This document shows, in pieces, positions 9,110 through 16,408 of a stretch of DNA of 20,000 bases. The notes under the pieces were generated by a model. It worked only from the letters and a program-made list of their open reading frames with translations. It was not told the origin of the DNA and ran no database searches. The stretch lies in IMG/VR virus record IMGVR_UViG_3300050015_000370. The stretch is one strand, 5' to 3'. The translations under genes and the position numbers were made by a program. This DNA comes from an uncultured virus (IMG/VR IMGVR_UViG_3300050015_000370). Lineage: Duplodnaviria; Heunggongvirae; Uroviricota; Caudoviricetes. Within the stretch, counting starts at the first letter, position 1; the number at the start of each line of letters is the position of its first letter.

Positions 9110-9508
9110 ATGAAAACGGATGAATTAAGTGAATTGATAGAATTATCTTTGGATTTTAAACATCATTTAGATAAATGTGAACCCTTTGGAATAGTCGAAT
9201 ATCGTGATGATAGATGTTTAGAAGAATTTCGTCATATAGAATATAGACAACAATTAGAAGAATGGAAAAATTATAAAGGTTTTAAAATTCAGATTTATAC
9301 AGATCATCTAATTGACAACTGTAGACATTTTCATTTAGAAAAAAAATCAGAAAATATTAAAGTCAAATTTGATTTTGATGGTAATATATTACAAAATATC
9401 GGTTATAAACATATTGAACCTCAAATTCTTAAATATATTAACTGGTTCATAACTCCAGAAATTAAAGATAAGATGGATAAAATATGGGACAAATTAAATC
9501 ATTCATAA
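9110..9508 (+). CDS. DUF4160-like protein with N-terminal extension
   Basis: C-terminal KIQIYTDH.....HFH......VKFDFDGNIL...G.....LK.I.W......KIW pattern resembles DUF4160. Confidence 0.5.
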   Translation: MKTDELSELIELSLDFKHHLDKCEPFGIVEYRDDRCLEEFRHIEYRQQLEEWKNYKGFKIQIYTDHLIDNCRHFHLEKKSENIKVKFDFDGNILQNIGYKHIEPQILKYINWFITPEIKDKMDKIWDKLNHS

Positions 9509-9521
9509 CATTCGATAATTA

Positions 9522-9531
9522 GATATATAAA
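9522..9531 (+). promoter_or_regulatory. putative late promoter GATATATA
   Basis: GATATATAAA starting 20 nt before the ATG at 9542. Confidence 0.55.
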
Positions 9532-9541
9532 AGAAAAACAC

Positions 9542-9877
9542 ATGAAAAGACTATTAAATATCCACGATGAAATTGACGAAAACGATGTTGAATTTATTAA
9601 AGATGAAATCGAGGACATCGAGGACGAATTTAATGCAGTAGATTTAGCTGACGAAATTGAAGAACCCATTAAAATTTCAATAGACACTCTTCTATATAAA
9701 ATTAAAAATGATCTTAAATTTTCAGAATTTGCAAGAAAACCATTCATATTTAGGATTGAAGGAAGAAAAAAACCTATCACTGGAATTCCAATGGCCTTAA
9801 TGAATAAAAATGAAACAGTCATCTTTAAAATAGACACTAAACTAGAAAAATTTAACATCAAAGATATGATCATCTGA
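9542..9877 (+). CDS. hypothetical protein with acidic N-terminus
   Basis: 111-aa ORF; D/E-rich first 40 residues and a basic beta-rich C-terminus. Confidence 0.7.
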   Translation: MKRLLNIHDEIDENDVEFIKDEIEDIEDEFNAVDLADEIEEPIKISIDTLLYKIKNDLKFSEFARKPFIFRIEGRKKPITGIPMALMNKNETVIFKIDTKLEKFNIKDMII

Positions 9878-9884
9878 TATATAG
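9876..9884 (+). promoter_or_regulatory. putative late promoter GATATATA
   Basis: GATATATAG overlapping the upstream TGA stop, starting 23 nt before the ATG at 9899. Confidence 0.5.
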
Positions 9885-9898
9885 ATAAAGTGTATTAA

Positions 9899-10933
9899 AT
9901 GAAAATCATCAATGAATCTATAGCACAAACCTTCACAAAAGGATCAGAGGATAAATTATCCTCTCTTGGTGTTGGTAGAAAAATACTTTTGATAAAAACG
10001 TGGTTACAAAAAAACAATATAGATGATTATAGGATAAATCCAGATTTAAGTATAGATGTTTTTGAAGATTTATATGAAACGATAGACGAATTGCCTAATG
10101 GCGAATTACCAGAATATATAAATTTTAATTATATAAACGGTGAAATGGTCATGACTGGATCTAGTTTAACATCATTAAGAGGATTTCCAAAAAAAGTAGA
10201 ATCATATTTTTCAATTTCAAATAACAATATTTCATCTTTAAAGGGCGGACCTGAATATGTTGAGGGAGATTATGTTATAAATAGAAACCCTATTTCATCA
10301 CTTGAATATGCTCCAAAATATGTGGGTGGTAGTTTCTATTGTGATGAAACAAATATTGGTTTCTATGAATTAGAAAAATATAAACAAACTGCCGAAATAC
10401 ATGGTATGAAATTAGTTAAAGAATCTTTAGAACAAGGATTTACTCGCGGTTCTGATAATAAATTATCAGATTTAGGAGTAGGCAAAATTCCTTTGATCAA
10501 AAAATGGTTAAATGATCATTATATTCGTGTTTATACAATCAATGAAGATTTTTCAATCGATACTCCTAATGATGTTGAGCTCTCAGATTGTTTATTTGGG
10601 AATTTACCGGACTATATTCAATTTGGTACGTTCAAAGGAGATTTCGATTGTAACGATGTTGGATTAACAACAATGAAAGGGTTTCCTAAACATGTTGCTG
10701 GAAATTTTTCTTGTTATGATAATAACTTAACATCATGTGAATTCGCACCTGAATTCATAGGAGAAAACTGTTCCTTTACAAACAATCCCGAATTGTCAGA
10801 TATTACAGGCTTTCCTAAATACATAGGTTCAGATCTATTCATACGAGATACAAAGTTATCTTATGCGTTGATAAGAAAATCATTAGCAGTAAAAGGAGAT
10901 ATATTCATTTCTATTATAAAAGGAATCAACTAA
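9899..10933 (+). CDS. LRR-like repeat family protein with two tandem modules (second begins at in-frame ATG 10406)
   Basis: Module 1 starts MKIINES..., module 2 starts MKLVKES...; each has the conserved FT[KR]G..[DN]KL domain and 21-aa repeats such as ISSLKGGPEYVEGDYVINRNP. Confidence 0.85.
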   Translation: MKIINESIAQTFTKGSEDKLSSLGVGRKILLIKTWLQKNNIDDYRINPDLSIDVFEDLYETIDELPNGELPEYINFNYINGEMVMTGSSLTSLRGFPKKVESYFSISNNNISSLKGGPEYVEGDYVINRNPISSLEYAPKYVGGSFYCDETNIGFYELEKYKQTAEIHGMKLVKESLEQGFTRGSDNKLSDLGVGKIPLIKKWLNDHYIRVYTINEDFSIDTPNDVELSDCLFGNLPDYIQFGTFKGDFDCNDVGLTTMKGFPKHVAGNFSCYDNNLTSCEFAPEFIGENCSFTNNPELSDITGFPKYIGSDLFIRDTKLSYALIRKSLAVKGDIFISIIKGIN

Positions 10934-11357
10934 TCAAACATTTACAAGGGGAGGTGATGATAAACTTAAAAACATAGGTCTTGGTAAAAGAGCAATCATA
11001 AGTAAATGGTTAGAAGAACATCGAATAAAACAATATGAAATAAACGATGATTATACAATCACAGTTTTTGGTAAAACAAATTTAATGGAATATAATTTAT
11101 CTGAATTCCCAGATTATATTGATTTTTTTAAAATTGATGGTGATTTTAATTGTGATAAAAATGGAATTAAATCATTAAGAGGTTGTCCAAAAATAGTTAC
11201 GGGATATTTTTCAGTTGAGGATAATGGTCTAACAGATGATCAAGTTAAATTTTTCCCAGATTATGTAGGTGGTCATATATATATCACAGGTAATAAAATT
11301 TCTTCGACCATGTATAATTTTATCGAAAACAAATATCCAAACAGAACAGTTTTTTAA
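10920..11357 (+). CDS. third LRR-like family module, frameshifted continuation of 9899..10933 (ORF track calls only 11085..11357)
   Basis: The frame of 11085 is open from 10920 and reads KESTNQTFTRGGDDKLKNIGLGKRAIISKWLEEHRIKQYEINDDYTITV; it is preceded by TAA at 10917 and has no start codon for the module. Confidence 0.75.
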   Translation, partial: KESTNQTFTRGGDDKLKNIGLGKRAIISKWLEEHRIKQYEINDDYTITVFGKTNLMEYNLSEFPDYIDFFKIDGDFNCDKNGIKSLRGCPKIVTGYFSVEDNGLTDDQVKFFPDYVGGHIYITGNKISSTMYNFIENKYPNRTVF

Positions 11358-11388
11358 AACTTTGCTATTTATTTTACATAAAAACCTT

Positions 11389-11414
11389 AAAGACAATAAT
11401 TTTATTGTCTTTTT
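11389..11414 (+). terminator. inverted repeat with T tail, probable terminator or regulatory hairpin
   Basis: AAAGACAATA (11389-11398), ATTT loop, TATTGTCTTT (11403-11412), followed by TT; lies just upstream of the DinG start. Confidence 0.5.
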
Positions 11415-11425
11415 CATTTACACAT

Positions 11426-13138
11426 ATGGATATATTAAAATTAATTGAGGATTATAGGGTTACGTATCTTGGAGAGGATTTTGTTTGGCGTGTAGGACAA
11501 GTTTCTGCGATCACCACCATAGTAGAAACATATATTGAAGGAAAAGTTAAGGTTGTGATTCTTAACGCGCCTACAGGCGCCGGAAAGTCAGCTATCGCTA
11601 TGTGTTCAGCCTGGATAATGAACCAACTTAAGGCAACAGGATACATACTCACATCCGATCTTGCATTACAAGAACAATATCAAAAGGATTTTAAAAAATT
11701 CAACATTAACTTTGGAAATGTATCAGGGATTGATAACTATGAATGTACCGATAATTTTGAGAAGAATTCATTGGGTACTTGTAGGATAAGAGGTAAAAAA
11801 CCAAAATCAATGCCTTGTTATTCAGAATGTCCATATTTCTCAGCTCGAGATCATGCTTCTCAATCTTCAACCGCATTACTTAATTATAGTTACTATCTCA
11901 TAATGATGAATTATGTTAATGAACAGATGGATGAATCACCTTTTAAACCTAGACAATTCACGTTTGCTGATGAGGCACATAAACTTTTAGACATTGTTCA
12001 AAATCACTTTTCACCAAAAATAGATAAAAATTTCATAGATAAATTAGAAAAACTTACATCCTTTCTGAAGGTTTATAAGGTTCACGATCACACAAAGGAA
12101 TTACACTTAGTTAAGATGGTAATCAAAGATATCTATGTTGAGGAGGATAATACTAAAATACTTGCGTTATTAAACAGACTTCGAGTAATGTTAGGAAGTT
12201 ATCTTCAAACTTATGTTGATCTTAAAAAAGTTGTATCTGAAAATTATAAAAATTCAACCATTCCAAAGGAATGGAGATCATCTCTAAAAACATGCGATTG
12301 GGTCAAGGATTTTCATTGCAAAGTTGAGGATTATTGCAAGATAATAGAGGAGACTGATATAATCAATCTGGTGAAGAACAGGAGAGACGAGGAGATTGTT
12401 TTTAACTGTCTTGAGGAAAACTATCTTATGGATAAATACTTTCACCGTTGGTCTGGTTTCACTGTTTTGATGAGTGCCACATTTGGAAGTGAAAGAGCAT
12501 TTTTAAAAAGCATCAACGTAAAAAATGCTAAACTCATAAAGATGGAATCTACATTTGATTTTGAGAAGAGTCCTATATATTTCTTTAATAAAAGAAGAAT
12601 GAGCAAAAGAGATATGGAAGGTAACTTACCATGGATGTATGATAAAATAGATCAAATTCTTAGTCTATTTCCTAATGATAATGGTATCATTCATACAGTT
12701 AGTTATGATCTTGCGCTTAAGATATTTAAGAACATTTCTATGGCAAGTAGAAAAAGGTTATTAGTGTTTGACGGAAGTAAGGAAAAAAGAGAGGCATTAG
12801 AGAATCTTAAAGGAAGCACTGGTAAAGTTATACTTGGGCCTGGAATGAATGAAGGGATATCATTAGATGATGATTTTGCAAGGTTTGCTATCTTGGCTAA
12901 GACACCATACCTTTCTCTCGCTGATAAATTCATAAAGGCTAAGATGGAACTCGATCCAATTTGGTATAAAGAAAAGGCAATTGTTAATATATTACAAACG
13001 GTTGGTAGAGCTCATCGTAGCAATGAAGACTTTGTTAAGACCTATTATTTGGATGCATGTCTTGGAGATCTACTTACAACATCAAGAAATTCCTTCCCAC
13101 AAGAATTTCTATCAAGAATCCGGTTGTTAGATGATTAA
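11426..13138 (+). CDS. DinG/XPD-family SF2 helicase with Fe-S cluster
   Basis: Q motif (WRVGQ), APTGAGKS, four Cys ending in CPY, DEAH, MSAT, EGISL, QTVGRAHRS; the ATG at 11426 is preferred over the TTG at 11405, which lies inside the hairpin. Confidence 0.9.
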   Translation: MDILKLIEDYRVTYLGEDFVWRVGQVSAITTIVETYIEGKVKVVILNAPTGAGKSAIAMCSAWIMNQLKATGYILTSDLALQEQYQKDFKKFNINFGNVSGIDNYECTDNFEKNSLGTCRIRGKKPKSMPCYSECPYFSARDHASQSSTALLNYSYYLIMMNYVNEQMDESPFKPRQFTFADEAHKLLDIVQNHFSPKIDKNFIDKLEKLTSFLKVYKVHDHTKELHLVKMVIKDIYVEEDNTKILALLNRLRVMLGSYLQTYVDLKKVVSENYKNSTIPKEWRSSLKTCDWVKDFHCKVEDYCKIIEETDIINLVKNRRDEEIVFNCLEENYLMDKYFHRWSGFTVLMSATFGSERAFLKSINVKNAKLIKMESTFDFEKSPIYFFNKRRMSKRDMEGNLPWMYDKIDQILSLFPNDNGIIHTVSYDLALKIFKNISMASRKRLLVFDGSKEKREALENLKGSTGKVILGPGMNEGISLDDDFARFAILAKTPYLSLADKFIKAKMELDPIWYKEKAIVNILQTVGRAHRSNEDFVKTYYLDACLGDLLTTSRNSFPQEFLSRIRLLDD

Positions 13139-13142
13139 GACG

Positions 13143-13152
13143 GATAAATAAA
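13143..13152 (+). promoter_or_regulatory. putative late promoter variant GATAAATA
   Basis: GATAAATAAA starting 24 nt before the ATG at 13167; one mismatch to GATATATA and close to the T4 late consensus TATAAATA. Confidence 0.45.
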
Positions 13153-13166
13153 ACAAAGGATTCTGT

Positions 13167-13469
13167 ATGCAACTCGTCAAGGAAAGTATTGGCCATAATT
13201 TTTCAAGAGGTGGTGAAGATAAGTTAAAAGAAATCGGCATTGGTAAGAGAGAATTGATAAAAAAATGGTGCGAAGAATTTATACCATCATATAAAATTAA
13301 TGATGATAATACAATTGACGCATATAGTCCAATTCTATTAGAAGATAGAGATCTCAAACCATACATAAAATTTAGATATATTGCCGAATTGTGGACTTAT
13401 AAAAACAAATTTCATGCTTTTATACCATATAAAGATGTAAAAGTTGATGAATGGCACACCATTGGATAA
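13167..13469 (+). CDS. paralog family member, conserved N-terminal module without LRR repeats
   Basis: MQLVKESIGHNFSRGGEDKLKEIGIGKRELIKKW...YKINDDNTIDA...PYIKF followed by a short unrelated tail. Confidence 0.8.
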   Translation: MQLVKESIGHNFSRGGEDKLKEIGIGKRELIKKWCEEFIPSYKINDDNTIDAYSPILLEDRDLKPYIKFRYIAELWTYKNKFHAFIPYKDVKVDEWHTIG

Positions 13470-13483
13470 AATAAAATATCATA

Positions 13484-14065
13484 ATGAAACTAATAATGGA
13501 ATCGTTGGGACATAGTTTTACAAGAGGAGGCGCTGATAAATTAGCAAATCTAAATATAGGCAAAGCCAAAATAATTAAAGATTGGCTCGATGAAATGGAC
13601 ATCACAGATTATGAAATTCATGATGATTATAGAATTGACGCCAGTTGTAGCCCAGATTTCAGAAGTTATTTAGCAGGAAGTTTACCAGATTTTATACAAT
13701 TTGGAGAAATTTATGGGGATTTTACAATTGAAGATTGTAAAATGACAACATTAAGAGGATGTCCATTGTTTGTAGATGGAAATTTTTACTGTGGTGCAAA
13801 TGAGTTACAATCATTAAAAGGTGGGCCAGAAACGGTGACACAAGGTTATTATTGTGGCGGAAATCTACTTAAAACATTAGAATTTTGTCCTGGGTTTGTT
13901 GGTACTGACTTCGCATGTGATTGGAATAAAATACAGAATTTAAAATTTGCCCCTGCGAAAATCAAAGGTAACTTTATATATGGCGGCAATAAAATATCTG
14001 CACATGAATTACAAGAATATGAAAAAAGCGGTTGTGTGCAGGGAGAATTCATAAAACATGAATAA
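13484..14065 (+). CDS. paralog family member with four 21-aa LRR-like repeats
   Basis: MKLIMESLGHSFTRGGADKL...; repeats MTTLRGCPLFVDGNFYCGANE / LQSLKGGPETVTQGYYCGGNL / LKTLEFCPGFVGTDFACDWNK / IQNLKFAPAKIKGNFIYGGNK. Confidence 0.85.
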   Translation: MKLIMESLGHSFTRGGADKLANLNIGKAKIIKDWLDEMDITDYEIHDDYRIDASCSPDFRSYLAGSLPDFIQFGEIYGDFTIEDCKMTTLRGCPLFVDGNFYCGANELQSLKGGPETVTQGYYCGGNLLKTLEFCPGFVGTDFACDWNKIQNLKFAPAKIKGNFIYGGNKISAHELQEYEKSGCVQGEFIKHE

Positions 14066-14555
14066 GATGAAAATAGTAAAAGAAAGTTTAGATCAAACAA
14101 AAACATTTACCCGTGGTGAAGGTGATAAATTATCTAATTTAAATATTGGCAAGATACAAATGATTAAAAAATGGTTAGATGATTTTGATGTGAGACAATA
14201 CACCATAAATGATGATCTTTCAATAGACGCTTTAAACAATTTAGATTTTAGTTATGACACAATAGAATTTCCTAAATATATAAAATTTAGAAAGGTAATA
14301 GGAGATTTCAGATTAAAACATACAGATATAAGTTCTTTAATTGGTGGGCCTGAAATAGTAACGGGCTCTTTTTATTGTATCAATACAACTTTAGATAGTT
14401 TGGATGGAGCACCAATTGAAATTTATAATGATTGTAATATTTATGATAATGTAAATATCACACCAAATGAGATAGATAAATTTAAAAATACATCTGAAAT
14501 AAACGGAAACGTTTATGATTCATTTAAAATTTCACATCAATATGAAGATATATAA
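14058..14555 (+). CDS. paralog family member with about two LRR-like repeats (family alignment favours start at 14067)
   Basis: MKIVKESLDQTKTFTRGEGDKLSNLNIGK...; repeats ISSLIGGPEIVTGSFYCINTT and LDSLDGAPIEIYNDCNIYDNV. Confidence 0.85.
   Translation: MNKMKIVKESLDQTKTFTRGEGDKLSNLNIGKIQMIKKWLDDFDVRQYTINDDLSIDALNNLDFSYDTIEFPKYIKFRKVIGDFRLKHTDISSLIGGPEIVTGSFYCINTTLDSLDGAPIEIYNDCNIYDNVNITPNEIDKFKNTSEINGNVYDSFKISHQYEDI
14547..14555 (+). promoter_or_regulatory. putative late promoter GATATATA
   Basis: GATATATAA at the end of the upstream ORF, starting 27 nt before the ATG at 14574 of a virion gene. Confidence 0.55.
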
Positions 14556-14573
14556 CATAAAGTTATCATAACT

Positions 14574-15899
14574 ATGAGTTTACAACAAATATACAACAAT
14601 GAAAATATTCTTATGCGAGCGGTGTTTGCAGGAATACTTAATTTGTTGAATAATAATATTAAATATGAGCAGGCATGGGCAACAGATGATGTAGAGGAAA
14701 TTTCTGTACCTTGGTTTTATAATCAAAGTGGTGATGAACGTTTTATGCAGGATTTTTATACAATGTATGCCGAAAGTTGTTCTCCTAAAATGATAGATGG
14801 TAATTTTGACATGGTTCCTAGAGGTGTGATAACATATAATGGATCTTCGATAGATTCAAATCGTATAACTTCAAGATTTGTACAAGGATTATATGTAAAA
14901 AATGTTGGTGGTCAATTACAAACATTTAGATCATTTCTATATTCATTACCATTAACAGTAAAACTTGATTGTGAATTGACAGTTGACACATATGTAACAG
15001 CTCTTAAGATAGAACAGGCTATTAGGGAGAAATTTTACAAAACCACTACCTTTTATGTTTATTATAAAGGTATGCGTGTAGGATGTACTGTTGGATTTCA
15101 AGATAATGGCACTACAACCGAGAAACTCATAGATTATAATTTTTCCACATCACCTAATAAAATCACCCAGAAATTTTCTCTTGAAATAGAAACATATCAA
15201 CCAGTGTTTGATCCAACAACTGAGATGAACAATAACAATACAATCAAGGGTTTCGGATATCGGGTATACAGCAATGGAGAAAAAGATGATGGTATATTCA
15301 ATATAATATCGCCTGCTAGTGATTCAATGATAGCAAGAAATACAAGTGTGATGATAGAATGGAACACTAAAAATGAAGGTGCATATATAAATAAGGTAAA
15401 TTTATTTTGGACACTTACCGGAGATACAACCAGAAATGTGATAGAATTAGGTGTCACAAACCAAGAATTCTATATTTGGAATGTTCCATCATATATCAAT
15501 GATTTCAAGGAACCTATCATTTTATGGGAGGAAACACCAACTGTAAAGATTCATAGAGAACCGATTGTAACGATCATCCCGGATCTAATAACGAAACAGA
15601 TAACATCATCATCATTCACCGTCATAGATAGTGGATACTTTATATGTGATTCTGAAAATGCTGCAATTGACGCAAATTTAGAGATGAGAGATATGTTAAA
15701 TAAGGTTAAAATAACGCCTGAAGGAACTTTAACATTTAACATTGTTAATTACGGTCTTGATAAAATAAATCCGGTAACTGTAAATGACCCATCTTTGATC
15801 TATCCAGGAAATATGAACTATAAAACCATAGATATTTATGTCGAAAATGCTGTGAATAAGGATGTTTTTGCAAAAATAACAAATGTTAAACTTGTATGA
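14574..15899 (+). CDS. tail terminator / sheath completion protein (T4 gp15-like) with C-terminal Ig-like extension
   Basis: N-terminal ~220 aa follows the gp15 pattern (ISVPWFY...ERFM...VPR......ID..R...LPLTV...L....ALKIEQ.I...FY...FSLEIETY); the C-terminus has IISP......IEW...V.L....I...V.N...YIW.VP typical of Ig-like beta-sandwiches. Confidence 0.7.
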   Translation: MSLQQIYNNENILMRAVFAGILNLLNNNIKYEQAWATDDVEEISVPWFYNQSGDERFMQDFYTMYAESCSPKMIDGNFDMVPRGVITYNGSSIDSNRITSRFVQGLYVKNVGGQLQTFRSFLYSLPLTVKLDCELTVDTYVTALKIEQAIREKFYKTTTFYVYYKGMRVGCTVGFQDNGTTTEKLIDYNFSTSPNKITQKFSLEIETYQPVFDPTTEMNNNNTIKGFGYRVYSNGEKDDGIFNIISPASDSMIARNTSVMIEWNTKNEGAYINKVNLFWTLTGDTTRNVIELGVTNQEFYIWNVPSYINDFKEPIILWEETPTVKIHREPIVTIIPDLITKQITSSSFTVIDSGYFICDSENAAIDANLEMRDMLNKVKITPEGTLTFNIVNYGLDKINPVTVNDPSLIYPGNMNYKTIDIYVENAVNKDVFAKITNVKLV

Positions 15900-16342
15900 A
15901 ACTTATCAATGAAAAATTAAACATAGGTTTCTCTAGAGATGGTGATAAATTAGGAAATCTAGGTGTAGGAAAAATAGTTCAAATTAAAAATTGGCTTGAT
16001 GGACAAGGTATTATAAATTATGAAATTAATGACGATTTTTCAATAGATGTAAACCAAACAGTAAATATAGATAAACACGCTGACGGAAATCTTCCATATT
16101 ATATACAATTCAATGAAATAAATGGTAATTTTTATAGTAGATATAATGGGATGACATCTTTAAAAGGATTTCCTAGAATAGTACTTGGAGATTGTAATAT
16201 TACATATAATCCAATAAAATCGTTAGAATATGCACCTATTGAAATCCATGGCTGCTTTGATGTTAGACAAACAGAAGTACCCAAAGAAGAGTATTTAAAA
16301 TTTAGAAAACTGGGTATAGCAGAGGATGGTATAATGAGGTGA
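15896..16342 (+). CDS. paralog family member with about two LRR-like repeats
   Basis: MKLINEKLNIGFSRDGDKLGNLGVGK...YEINDDFSIDV...LPYYIQF, then MTSLKGFPRIVLGDCNITYNP; ATGA overlap with the gp15-like gene. Confidence 0.85.
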   Translation: MKLINEKLNIGFSRDGDKLGNLGVGKIVQIKNWLDGQGIINYEINDDFSIDVNQTVNIDKHADGNLPYYIQFNEINGNFYSRYNGMTSLKGFPRIVLGDCNITYNPIKSLEYAPIEIHGCFDVRQTEVPKEEYLKFRKLGIAEDGIMR

Positions 16343-16372
16343 TTTTTTGGAAGCCTTCAAAAAAATTTATCA

Positions 16373-16382
16373 GATATATAAA
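16373..16382 (+). promoter_or_regulatory. putative late promoter GATATATA
   Basis: GATATATAAA starting 36 nt before the ATG at 16409. Confidence 0.55.
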
Positions 16383-16408
16383 ATAAACTATTAAAAAAAT
16401 TAACAACT

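Noticed and set aside
6267..13138. Bacterial defence island or type IV CRISPR (CasDinG) interpretation of SbcCD plus DinG
   Set aside because: No cas genes or array; the nuclease pair matches gp47/gp46 size and order and sits with gp41-like and gp15-like phage genes
9899..16342. Diversity-generating retroelement or recombinational cassette shuffling as the source of paralog variation
   Set aside because: No reverse transcriptase or recombinase in the window, and no near-identical TR/VR pair differing only at adenines was seen; paralogs are diverged throughout
16342..16366. Weak inverted repeat ATTTTTTGGAAGCCTTCAAAAAAAT
   Set aside because: The stem is mostly A/T with a mismatch and minimal loop; too weak to call a terminator
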